The notes under the pieces were generated by a model. It worked only from the letters and a program-made list of their open reading frames with translations, made no database searches and had not been told where the DNA came from. A stretch of DNA of 64,000 bases from an uncultured bacterium (GTDB lineage Bacteria; Desulfobacterota; BSN033; UBA1163). Where the stretch lies: positions 5,187 through 69,186 of the forward strand of contig CALIBK010000105.1 in the NCBI GenBank assembly GCA_938045955.1, in the 5' to 3' direction. Of this stretch, positions 55,956 through 64,000 are shown piece by piece. Every line of letters begins with the position of its first letter. Within the stretch, counting starts at the first letter, position 1. A program made the translations under genes and the position numbers.

Positions 55956-57647
55956 TTAGGGTTTGATTTTTCCTTCTTGAATCAACTTTTCCGTGATGAT
56001 CTGCTTCAACCTTTTTTTATCCACTTTTCCAACGTTGGTCAAGGGGAATTCGTTCAGAATTTCAATTCGTTCAGGGAGATAGATCACGGAAGTTTTCTTA
56101 TCCTTTAAGAAGGAGATGATCTCTTCAAAAGTGATCGTTTCCTCCGTTCGGGGTTTGATGAAGGCACAGATTCGTTCCCCAAGGATAGGATCGGGCATGG
56201 GAACCACCGCCACTTGCTCGATCTTGGGATGGCCGATCATTAAATTCTCCACTTCTTTTGCACTGATATTCTCCCCGCCTCGAATGATGATCTCCTTCTT
56301 CCGACCTGTAATGATCAAATGACCTTCCCGATCAAATTTCGCAATGTCCCCGGTTCGATAAAACCCGTCGGGGGTAAAGGCCTCTCGATTTTCCTCTTCA
56401 GATTTATAATAACCTCGAAAGATACAGGGCCCTCTGGCCACCAGCTCTCCCTCTGTTTCGGGCGGGAGGAGATTTCCATGGGAATCGATCACTTTAAATT
56501 CATCATAGGGGCAGATGGGCCACCCTACCGTGTGAAGGACGATCTCTTCCGGGTCTTCCAATCGGGTCTGAGAGCATGGACCTTCGGAGCTGCCATAGAC
56601 ATTATAAAATTTACATTTTAATTTTTTATAAATTTTTTTAATCGTTTCAGGAGGGATAGAAGAGCCTCCGGTAGCGATCACATGAAGAGAGGATAGATCG
56701 TACTGGTCGAGTTCAGGTGAATCCACAATCTGTTGGACCTGAGCCACTGCGAGGATGGTCGTCGTAATCCTCTCCCTCTCAATGGTCTCCAGTATGTCTT
56801 TAGGATGGGTGGAGGGAATGATGACCACTTTTCCCCCCGTAAGGAGGGTGGGATTTAAGGAAACCTCGATGGCCATGTTATGAGTGAGGGGGGTTGCAAT
56901 TAGGGTAATATCGTGAGGGCTCCGCTGCCATGCCTTAGCCCGGTATTCTATATTGCAATAAAAATCGTTATGGGTCCTCGGGACTAATTTTGGAAATCCA
57001 GTCGTTCCCCCGGTAGGCATCAAATGACATATTTCATTCGGGTCGGGTTTAAAAGATTCAAGATAATCCTCTGGATATTTGCTCGGATCGACTTCGGCTA
57101 AAATTTTATTGAAGGATATTGTTCCCTCGGGGATCGATTTCCCTTTCTCCTGAGATGAGTCGATGACTAAAATATATTTTAATGAATAAGGATGAGATTT
57201 TATGGCAGAAATGATGGGTTGATAATCTATCTTTTCAAACCGAAGGGGAACGATCCAGGCCTTCGCCTCAGTGATTTCGCAGAAATATTCTATCTCCCTC
57301 TGAGAAAATCGAGGAATACACATGACAGGAATTGCCCCGATTTTGTGAAGCCCATAATATGCAAAAACAAATTCGGGCCAGTTCGGGATCTGAAGAAGGA
57401 CTCGGTCAAATTTCTCGATGCCTAACTCGAGAAAGGCAAGGGCTGTGCGGTTGACCTTTTCTTGAAGTTCCCGATAGGTGAGTCGAACGCTGCCGGCGAC
57501 AAGGGCCTCCTTATAAAAATAGAGATCGGCACTCCGGTCAAGCATTTCTCCGAGAGTGATTCCCAACCACCAGTGATTTTTGTAGTATCGCTCAACAAAT
57601 TCTTCTGGAAATGGAATGGTTCCGGGTAAGGTCATCGAAGTGACCAT
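55956..57647 (-). CDS. AMP-dependent synthetase/ligase (aryl-CoA ligase-like; 2,3-dihydroxybenzoate-AMP ligase / cyclohexanecarboxylate-CoA ligase family)
   Basis: 563 aa; AMP-binding motifs MPTGGTTGFPKLVPRTH, YGSSEG, and a C-terminal lysine region (GKVDKKRL). Confidence 0.8.
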   Translation of the reverse strand: MVTSMTLPGTIPFPEEFVERYYKNHWWLGITLGEMLDRSADLYFYKEALVAGSVRLTYRELQEKVNRTALAFLELGIEKFDRVLLQIPNWPEFVFAYYGLHKIGAIPVMCIPRFSQREIEYFCEITEAKAWIVPLRFEKIDYQPIISAIKSHPYSLKYILVIDSSQEKGKSIPEGTISFNKILAEVDPSKYPEDYLESFKPDPNEICHLMPTGGTTGFPKLVPRTHNDFYCNIEYRAKAWQRSPHDITLIATPLTHNMAIEVSLNPTLLTGGKVVIIPSTHPKDILETIERERITTTILAVAQVQQIVDSPELDQYDLSSLHVIATGGSSIPPETIKKIYKKLKCKFYNVYGSSEGPCSQTRLEDPEEIVLHTVGWPICPYDEFKVIDSHGNLLPPETEGELVARGPCIFRGYYKSEEENREAFTPDGFYRTGDIAKFDREGHLIITGRKKEIIIRGGENISAKEVENLMIGHPKIEQVAVVPMPDPILGERICAFIKPRTEETITFEEIISFLKDKKTSVIYLPERIEILNEFPLTNVGKVDKKRLKQIITEKLIQEGKIKP

Positions 57648-57657
57648 TCACTTTTGT

Positions 57658-58737
57658 CTATTTAAAGGTGGATTTTACAATATCACCGGGGCTGAAGTCG
57701 TTTCCTTCCACTCTCTTTGCAATGGCAGCATCGACCCCGAAGAGTTCTTGAACTCTTACTAAACCCTTAAGTCTTCCCGTCGTCCAACCAAGGGAGAGGT
57801 GAGTAGTGGGATGAATGATCTCCTTTCCAGGCTCATAGACCTCAAGATGGTCTCCTACCCGAAGCCCCGAGAGCTTCCCTGCGTTAAGGAAGAGGGTTTC
57901 TCCTTCGATCTTTGCAATGGTCGTACTCCATTCAAGATAATCTAAATATCTCAGGAGGCCATCCAGGGTGTCTTCAAGGGCGAAATCAATCGCTTTCGTT
58001 ACCGCTTTGCTCCGGCTATACTCTCCGGTTTCTTTCGTTCCAAAGATGGGACTTCGTCCAATAAAGGTTTTTAGAAGATTTCCTGTGGAGGCATCGACCA
58101 GCCGAACCTCTACCTTGGCCGTTGCAAAAGAGACCTCTTCTTCAGAAGCTTCAGAGGTTTTTGAGGAAAGAAGGCTAACGTCCATCACTGATCCATAAAG
58201 GACGGCCTGGATTCCATAGGAGCGATGGGCTCGTTTAATAAATTCAAGATTCGAGAGGCTTTCAAAAGAGAGTCCCTCTCGACGAAGCATCTCTAATATT
58301 GCATTTCGATCTATCAGAACTACTCTCTGGGAAGCTTCCAGTTTGTCGGAGAGTCGTTTGGCTACGGTTTCGCCAATCTTCTCTTCTTTATAGGTGGTTT
58401 TATTTTCAAAGTCTAAAATAATGACCTTTTTCTTTAAACCCATCTGAAAGTAAGGAAGGGGAGATCCATAGAAGGGACGACTCGGAATAGATGCGATCTT
58501 TGAATCAGGTTCTTTCCTGATTGGTGGAGGAGGAGAGGGTTTGCTCGGAGGAGGAGTTTCGGCGATCTGAGGATTCACCCCTTTAATCGTTTCCAATCCT
58601 TCAACCCTGACGGTTTTACCCTCCGGAAGTTTTTCTTCTGACCTCTTTTTCCCGATCAATGGAAGATTTGCACAGCCATTTAGAAAAAAAATTAAAAAAA
58701 GAGAGATTACAAAAACTTCAACAATTCTATTTTTCAT
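57658..58737 (-). CDS. CsgG-family-like outer-membrane lipoprotein with Pro-rich linker and extra C-terminal domain
   Basis: Lipobox FFLNGC; Pro-rich PPPSKPSPPPPIRKEP; CsgG-like block KKVIILDFENKTT...VAKRLSDKLEASQRVVLIDRNAILEM; RBS AAGGAG. Confidence 0.5.
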   Translation of the reverse strand: MKNRIVEVFVISLFLIFFLNGCANLPLIGKKRSEEKLPEGKTVRVEGLETIKGVNPQIAETPPPSKPSPPPPIRKEPDSKIASIPSRPFYGSPLPYFQMGLKKKVIILDFENKTTYKEEKIGETVAKRLSDKLEASQRVVLIDRNAILEMLRREGLSFESLSNLEFIKRAHRSYGIQAVLYGSVMDVSLLSSKTSEASEEEVSFATAKVEVRLVDASTGNLLKTFIGRSPIFGTKETGEYSRSKAVTKAIDFALEDTLDGLLRYLDYLEWSTTIAKIEGETLFLNAGKLSGLRVGDHLEVYEPGKEIIHPTTHLSLGWTTGRLKGLVRVQELFGVDAAIAKRVEGNDFSPGDIVKSTFK

Positions 58738-58983
58738 GAAATCTCCTTTTAATAAGGTTCCCTTCTTAAAAATTATCCTCCTTTGAGGACCTCGTCCTAA
58801 TCTAAGAGAAAAGCTAATTTCATTGCAATATTACCAATTTTATAAAATAAGTCAAGCAAAGGGGGTACTGTCTCGCAATCCATCGGTCAGGATTGGGGAA
58901 TAGGCCTGATAGGGATGCACTGACCCCAAACGCGGTCTAAGGGTTTATTAAAGCATCCGGGGTAAAAGGGATGAAATAAAGAA

Positions 58984-59012
58984 TTGACGGAGATAAGGAT
59001 ATTTGATATAAA
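58984..59012 (+). promoter_or_regulatory. putative sigma70-type promoter for the DUF2267-TctC gene
   Basis: TTGACG (58984-58989), 17-nt spacer, TATAAA (59007-59012); about 120 nt upstream of ATG at 59136. Confidence 0.35.
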
Positions 59013-59135
59013 ATGCTTGGGTTTTGTTCATTCTATCCTGATTCGGAGCGGATTTCGTTTCATATCGTAATCAGAAATCTCCCTTTCTCATCGATTTCTT
59101 CAGGAATCATTTTTTTAAAAAGAGGAGGTTAGGAG

Positions 59136-60203
59136 ATGATGACCCGAAAGGAATTTCTTGAGCAGGTCATGAAGATGGCAAATCTTCGGGATTTAAAACA
59201 GGCGGACGAGGCTACACGGGCGGTGATTTCACTTACTAAATTAATTATTGGACCAAAGCTATCTCAGAAGATTGCAGAAGTTTCTCCCCCCGATCTCAGG
59301 ATAGGATGGGAAGCCATTCAGCCTGCCTACCCGAAGAAATCCATCAAGATTATTACAGGTCCCGGGGGTGAGGATGAAGATATTCGGCAGGTGGTTCCCT
59401 ATCTTCAAAAATACCTCGGGGTAGAGGTGGTCATTGAACATATTGTTGGTTTCTGGGGAAGGATTCCTTTCGAAAAATTTCAGACCACTGATCCTGATGG
59501 ATATACCTTAATGTGCTATACCTTCCCGAGGAGTATCATGATTGAACTTACGGGGGAAAGCCATTTTAAGACCAGAGAGTTTACCCCCATTTTTGCCTGG
59601 TCCTCTGGAAATCAATTCTTAGTGGTTCCCTCTGAGAGGTTTAAAACGTTTGATGAATTTATAAAGGAAGCTAAAACCCGGAGGTTTTCCGCAGCCATTC
59701 CTGTTAAAAGGGGGATCAGCCATTTGTCTGGATTATTGTTTTCCGAAGGGTTGGGGATTCAGGTGGATTGGATCCCTTACGGGGGATTGGCTTCAAGTAT
59801 GGCCGCCCTGAATCGGGGAGAGGTTGATTTTATGATCTCCTTGGCGAATGCTCTTCCTACTTATATGAAAACGGGCAGGATAAAGGTCCTTGCGATGCTT
59901 CCTGAAAAGTCAGGGAAACGATGCCCTTATTTTCAACATATTCCTTCCATTAAGGAACTCGGATACGATATTCCGATGATCACAGTTCGACACGTGTTGG
60001 AGGCTCCACCCAATACTCCCGCTCATATTGTAATGGTTCTCGAAGGGGCGCTCAAGCGGGCGATTCAAGGACCTACCTATCTGGAGTGGGCGAAGAGGAA
60101 CTTCGTCAATATTGAGCCTCTGGACGTTAGGGCTTTTTCACAGGAGAAGGAGGAAGCCTATACTAAGATAGAAAGAGTGAAAGAGAAGTTCGGAGAGGAG
60201 TAG
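59136..60203 (+). CDS. cytoplasmic fusion protein: DUF2267-like N-terminal helical segment + TctC/Bug-family (tripartite tricarboxylate transporter receptor-like) domain, no signal peptide
   Basis: ATG ATG at 59136 with AGAGGAGG RBS and upstream sigma70-like promoter. N-term MMTRKEFLEQVMKMANLRDLKQADEATRAVISLTKLI resembles the DUF2267 consensus. Residues about 65-355 carry TctC hallmarks (YPKKSIKIITGPGG..., TDPDGYTL). Confidence 0.55.
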   Translation: MMTRKEFLEQVMKMANLRDLKQADEATRAVISLTKLIIGPKLSQKIAEVSPPDLRIGWEAIQPAYPKKSIKIITGPGGEDEDIRQVVPYLQKYLGVEVVIEHIVGFWGRIPFEKFQTTDPDGYTLMCYTFPRSIMIELTGESHFKTREFTPIFAWSSGNQFLVVPSERFKTFDEFIKEAKTRRFSAAIPVKRGISHLSGLLFSEGLGIQVDWIPYGGLASSMAALNRGEVDFMISLANALPTYMKTGRIKVLAMLPEKSGKRCPYFQHIPSIKELGYDIPMITVRHVLEAPPNTPAHIVMVLEGALKRAIQGPTYLEWAKRNFVNIEPLDVRAFSQEKEEAYTKIERVKEKFGEE

Positions 60204-60226
60204 GTATTGATTCGAAGGAGATGAGA

Positions 60227-62281
60227 TTATAGGGATGGATCTTCCATTGCCTTTTCCAAAAGTTCAGCTATATCATAAACCTTCACGGAATCCTCCTTTC
60301 TTCTGGCCTTGAGGCCATCCTCGAGCATCGTTAGACAATAGGGGCAGGCTGTGATAATCTGATCAGGTTTAAGAGCCAGTGCCTGATCCACACGCATTTC
60401 ATTGATCCGCTTCCCGAGATGTTCCTCCATCCACATCCTGCCCCCTCCGCCTCCGCAGCAGAAGCTTTTAGAGCGAGTCCTTTCCATTTCCTGAAGTCTT
60501 ATTCCGTGGAGGGTGGTTAGGATTTTCCTCGGTTCTTCATAGATTCCATTATATCGACCCAGATAACAAGAATCATGATAGGTGACAGTGATCGGACTTC
60601 CCTTTTTTAGGGAGAGCCTTTCTTCCTGAAGGAGCCGGGCGAGATACTCTGTGTGATGGATGATTTCAAAAGAACCCCCAAATTGTGGGTATTCATTCTT
60701 TAAGGTATTGAAACAGTGGGGACAGGAAGTAAGAATCTTCTTCACCCCGTATTGTCTCAAGGTCTGAATATTGGCCTCTGCCAAATTTTTAAAGAGATAT
60801 TCATTGCCGATCCTCCGGACGGATTCACCACAACATCCTTCTTCTTTACCCAGAATTCCAAACTTCACCCCTGCACGCTTAAGGATTCGAGAAAGCGAGA
60901 TGGCCACCTTTTTACTTCGGTCATCATAACTCTTGAAACATCCGGGGAAGTAGAGGATCTCCACCTCTGGATCCTCAGGAAAGGATTTTACTCCTAATAG
61001 GGAAGCCCAATCTGAACGAAGATGCCTTTCGGCACCCCATGGATTGCTCCTCCTTTCCAGATTTTTGAATACCTCCCTTACTTCTGTGGGATACCGAGAT
61101 TCCATCAGGACCAGATATCGTCTCACCTCTATAATTTTGTCATAAGCAGAAATAAAAACCGGACATTGTTCGTAACAATTGAGGCAGAACGTGCATGCCC
61201 AGAGAGCCTCTTCAGAAAGGAGTTCATTGAGAGAAGGATCCTCTGTTGCAGAAAAGGAAGGATTCCAGAGAAGCCTCCTTCCTTTTTCATGGAGAAGGGT
61301 TCTAAGGTCTTGAATAACCTTTTTGGGAGACAGGGGCTTTTGGCTCAGATAGGCAGGGCAGTGCTCCTGACATCGTCCACAATTGGTACAGGCCTCAAGA
61401 TCCAAAAGTTGCTTCCAAGAAAATTCAAAGAGGTTTTTCACCCCGTAAGTCTCGGCCTCCTCGAAATCAGGAATGGGAGAGAGGGCTCCTTTCAGGGTGA
61501 GAGGGCGGAAAAATATATTGAGAGGAGATAAGAAGAGATGCTGGAGAGAGGAGTGGCTGAGGGTAATATAGAAGAACAGGAATAGAGCAGGAAGGGCATG
61601 GATGAAGATTCGATGCCATATAAAAAGTTCATTCAAAAGGTCTGTTGAAAAAACAGGGAGGAGACGGGAGATGGGATAACTAAGGGGTGCCCAGGAGAGC
61701 CACTCGGGAGGGGGAAGAGATCCAGCTACAGCCATTCGGTACCCCTTTATGAGAAACCCTGTGATCAAAATTCCAAAACCCCAGAGGAAGATCAAGGTCC
61801 TATCGGGTTGGGTTTCCAGACGATAAGGTCTAAAAAGGTACCTACGAATTACGGCAAGAGCACCCCCAATGAGAACCAGCCCCCCTCCCATCTCGGAAAC
61901 AAAGGAGGAGTATAAAAATATGGATTGAGGGGGATCGGTTAATCCAAATGGGAGAGAGAAGAGCCTGATAAATTTACCTAAAAAGATGAGCATCATTCCC
62001 CAGAAGATTAAAATATGCATGAGTCCAGAATATCCTTTTTTCCAGAATCGGGAATGGGTCAGGGTAGTCATGAGAAGGGTTTTAAGTCTGAAAGCTACAT
62101 CGCCTGTTCTCCTCTCATCCTTTCCAGAGTGCCAGAGTCGATAATGGAATTTCCAGAAAAAGAAAAGAAAGAAAGCCATCAAAAAAGGGAGAAGGATTAG
62201 AAAACCGAGGAGAATCGGGGAAAATATCTCCTTGATATAAAAATGTTGAATTTTCCAGAATTGAAGCGTCGAGCCTTCCAT
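60227..62281 (-). CDS. membrane-bound Fe-S oxidoreductase: N-terminal polytopic cytochrome-b-like (HdrE/NarI-like) domain fused to 2x[4Fe-4S] + double CCG (HdrD-like) domain
   Basis: 684 aa; about 6 TM helices with conserved His (LMHILIFWG; IWHRIFIHALPA), then CTNCGRCQEHCP / CTFCLNCYEQCP and CCG domains (CPHCFNTLKNEYPQ; DSCYLGRYNG; CCGGGGGRMW; CPYCLTM). Confidence 0.75.
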   Translation of the reverse strand: MEGSTLQFWKIQHFYIKEIFSPILLGFLILLPFLMAFFLFFFWKFHYRLWHSGKDERRTGDVAFRLKTLLMTTLTHSRFWKKGYSGLMHILIFWGMMLIFLGKFIRLFSLPFGLTDPPQSIFLYSSFVSEMGGGLVLIGGALAVIRRYLFRPYRLETQPDRTLIFLWGFGILITGFLIKGYRMAVAGSLPPPEWLSWAPLSYPISRLLPVFSTDLLNELFIWHRIFIHALPALFLFFYITLSHSSLQHLFLSPLNIFFRPLTLKGALSPIPDFEEAETYGVKNLFEFSWKQLLDLEACTNCGRCQEHCPAYLSQKPLSPKKVIQDLRTLLHEKGRRLLWNPSFSATEDPSLNELLSEEALWACTFCLNCYEQCPVFISAYDKIIEVRRYLVLMESRYPTEVREVFKNLERRSNPWGAERHLRSDWASLLGVKSFPEDPEVEILYFPGCFKSYDDRSKKVAISLSRILKRAGVKFGILGKEEGCCGESVRRIGNEYLFKNLAEANIQTLRQYGVKKILTSCPHCFNTLKNEYPQFGGSFEIIHHTEYLARLLQEERLSLKKGSPITVTYHDSCYLGRYNGIYEEPRKILTTLHGIRLQEMERTRSKSFCCGGGGGRMWMEEHLGKRINEMRVDQALALKPDQIITACPYCLTMLEDGLKARRKEDSVKVYDIAELLEKAMEDPSL

Positions 62282-62292
62282 TTTTTCCTTGA

Positions 62293-62526
62293 TCAGAGAA
62301 CATGATGTAAGCGTGGGTAGAATGTAAACAGATGGGCGATCAGAAAGGAAAGAACCATTCCCCCAATAATCAGTAAGGAGATCCTTAAAAATTTTTTATA
62401 TTTTGGGTCCAACCCGAGGTCAAAAAGGATGAGTCTGATAGCCACAAGAAAGGAGTATAAAAAGGCCGTCAGTAAGATTAATTCCAAAGATATAGCCAGA
62501 GGTCTAATAACATCCTCCGTCATCAT
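62293..62526 (-). CDS. small two-TM membrane protein (HmcD-like position)
   Basis: 77 aa, two hydrophobic helices; start overlaps stop of upstream NrfD-like gene. Confidence 0.4.
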   Translation of the reverse strand: MMTEDVIRPLAISLELILLTAFLYSFLVAIRLILFDLGLDPKYKKFLRISLLIIGGMVLSFLIAHLFTFYPRLHHVL

Positions 62527-63716
62527 GATTGCTCCGTGATTGCCTTGGGATCTTCCTTTTCAATGAGAGGAAGGAGTTCCAAATACCTCAATCCAAGGAC
62601 AAAAAACAAACCCATCATAGAGAATATTCCCAGACACAGGAAAAGTTCAATAACGGTGATAGGAAAGATTCCTGCTTGACCCCACACCCCTTCGATCCTT
62701 CCGGGATAGAAAGGCATCGGAAGGGCCGTCCCCGGGATCACCAATGTATATCTCTCAAAGAAGATCCCGATAACGATTAAAGAGGAAGCTACCATCAGAC
62801 CTTTTATTGTTTTTCGAACTTCAGGAAGACTTAATAATAAAATGGGGAGAATGTACCCGCATCCCACCTGGAATCCCCAGAATAATCGGGCAAAGGGACC
62901 TGTAAGAAGCCAGAGAGTTGGTTCTCGATGGGGGGAGTAAAGGTGGGTTAATTTATCTATCAGGACGAAGACGACTAACGTGATCGTCAACCCTAAAAGT
63001 AATTTAGCCAGGGAGAAAAAGGGTTCTTTCCAGTATCGTCTTTTTGCAAAATGGAAGGCGGAGATGACGACGATCATCAGAAGGGCCAATCCGGAAGCCA
63101 TGGCTGCAGCCACAAATTCGAAGGGTTTTATGGGAGAATAAAAAATCGGCCTGGCTATAATAAAGCCAAAGATTGCTCCAGTACCCATATGGACCATGGA
63201 AGCCCAGATGATGGCCAATATCCCTATCTTTTTAGCCCACTTTTGATTGTTCGCCAGAATGAACCCAAAATAAAGAAAGCTTATCACAAAGTATCCTCCA
63301 TACAGGATCCCATTGAGAGCGAACATCGAGCGCATATTATTTAAGACAAAAAACATGAAGAGACGCCACATCTTTTCAGGTCTTCCGAGATCCATGGAAA
63401 TTCCGACCATAGCTCCGAAGATCAGGACAATGGCAAGAAAGACAGCAATCCGCGAGATCAGGCGATATTCTTCTCGACCAAAAACATAGGTCAAAGAAGA
63501 GAGAATGAGAGATCCTGCGCTCAAGCCGATGAGAAAGATAGTCATGATGATGGGCATCCCCCAGGGGATCCGATTACTCATTCCGAAGACCTGATGCCCA
63601 TGAATATAACTGACCACAAAGCAAACGAATCCTATAATCGAAAGAGCTGAAAGAATTACCAGAACCAGATAGTAATTTCGAGACTGGAATTCAACAGGAG
63701 TATAGATCAGTTTCAT
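62523..63716 (-). CDS. NrfD/HmcC/DsrP-family polytopic membrane protein
   Basis: 397 aa, about 10 TM helices, NrfD-like N-terminus; directly downstream of a 4Fe-4S protein gene. Confidence 0.65.
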   Translation of the reverse strand: MKLIYTPVEFQSRNYYLVLVILSALSIIGFVCFVVSYIHGHQVFGMSNRIPWGMPIIMTIFLIGLSAGSLILSSLTYVFGREEYRLISRIAVFLAIVLIFGAMVGISMDLGRPEKMWRLFMFFVLNNMRSMFALNGILYGGYFVISFLYFGFILANNQKWAKKIGILAIIWASMVHMGTGAIFGFIIARPIFYSPIKPFEFVAAAMASGLALLMIVVISAFHFAKRRYWKEPFFSLAKLLLGLTITLVVFVLIDKLTHLYSPHREPTLWLLTGPFARLFWGFQVGCGYILPILLLSLPEVRKTIKGLMVASSLIVIGIFFERYTLVIPGTALPMPFYPGRIEGVWGQAGIFPITVIELFLCLGIFSMMGLFFVLGLRYLELLPLIEKEDPKAITEQS

Positions 63717-63726
63717 TCAAATTCCC

Positions 63727-64000
63727 TTATCTTGTCAGGTAGTAGACCTTTGGCTTGGTCTCGAGCTCGTCTCGAAGTCTGAACCAGATCCGTGATGAGA
63801 GGAGACGGCAAACCTCGCTCGTTAGATCGTCTAAATCTCCAAATGTTCTTGCGCAGGAAGGGCAGCTCTCCACACAGGCCGGCACAATTTCTATTCCAAT
63901 CTTTTTTCCTTCCTTTATCCCCTGATCGATTCGATGGAAACAGAAATTACACTTTTCCACCACCCCATGGGTCCGCTTTGGGAAGGGCCAGCTCCCTCGA
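63727..64000 (-). CDS. 4Fe-4S ferredoxin-type protein (HmcB/DsrO/HybA-like), C-terminal part; partial, continues beyond window end
   Basis: Frame remains open to nt 64000; C-terminal motifs CNFCFHRIDQG and CVESCPSCARTF. Confidence 0.6.
   Translation of the reverse strand, partial: RGSWPFPKRTHGVVEKCNFCFHRIDQGIKEGKKIGIEIVPACVESCPSCARTFGDLDDLTSEVCRLLSSRIWFRLRDELETKPKVYYLTR

Noticed and set aside
58861-58975. GC-rich segment in the divergent intergenic region that superficially resembles a small structured RNA or tRNA
   Set aside because: No acceptor-stem complementarity or T-loop (GTTCGA-like) motif; pairing segments are short; cannot be distinguished from an ordinary 5' leader or divergent promoter region.
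1-64000. Search for CRISPR repeats, IS elements/transposases, integrases, phage genes, toxin-antitoxin or defence-system genes
   Set aside because: No direct-repeat arrays, terminal inverted repeats, or DDE/tyrosine recombinase-like ORFs were seen; the window appears to be core/accessory metabolic chromosome rather than a mobile or defence island.

Overview
All calls below are from reading the sequence and ORF track by eye; no searches were run. The window looks like a bacterial chromosomal segment from an anaerobe: strong GGAGG-type ribosome-binding sites, many Fe-S, flavin and CCG-domain (Cys-rich heterodisulfide-reductase-type) proteins, and charged-residue-rich proteins suggesting a thermophile. 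Taxon is not assigned. I found no rRNA, tRNA, CRISPR array or mobile element.

- **1-4.6 kb:** the 3' end of an addB-like nuclease gene and a complete addA-like UvrD-helicase/nuclease gene (AddAB recombination repair).
- **5.3-32.5 kb:** about 27 kb entirely on the minus strand, with short gaps or ATGA overlaps, encoding a beta-oxidation-type supercluster. It holds three butyryl-CoA-dehydrogenase-like acyl-CoA dehydrogenases (ACADs), two SCP-x-type thiolases each paired with a DUF35 protein, a split B12 acyl-CoA mutase, a cob(I)alamin adenosyltransferase, an electron-transfer module, then ACAD, 3-hydroxyacyl-CoA dehydrogenase, thiolase II, MerR, a CBS/ACT protein and a PaaK-like CoA ligase.
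- **The mutase** carries the isobutyryl-CoA-mutase-type active-site signature (Phe and Gln where methylmalonyl-CoA mutase has Tyr89 and Arg207).
- **The electron-transfer module** is HdrA, HdrL, ACAD, EtfAB, NuoG-like, NuoF-like, NuoE-like and an HdrD/GlpC-like CCG protein. It resembles the BamDEFGHI electron-bifurcation module of class II benzoyl-CoA reductase, but is attached to ETF/ACAD instead of a tungsten enzyme. This is the most interesting candidate for an undescribed system.
- **32.6-40.4 kb:** a LivFKMHG-type ABC transporter with an embedded acyl-CoA synthetase.
- **40.6-45.1 kb:** an unusual operon (NrfD, 4Fe-4S ferredoxin, ThiF/MoeB, MoaD, amidohydrolase-2) divergent from an IclR regulator.
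- **45.1-57.6 kb:** a TAXI-type TRAP transporter; a three-subunit xanthine-dehydrogenase-family enzyme whose FAD subunit has a Cys-rich insertion like 4-hydroxybenzoyl-CoA reductase; a DctPQM TRAP transporter; an aryl-CoA-ligase-like enzyme.
- **57.7-64 kb:** a CsgG-like lipoprotein; a cytoplasmic DUF2267-TctC fusion protein; an Hmc-like membrane redox module (partial Fe-S protein, NrfD-like, small membrane protein, fused membrane cytochrome-b-like/CCG oxidoreductase).
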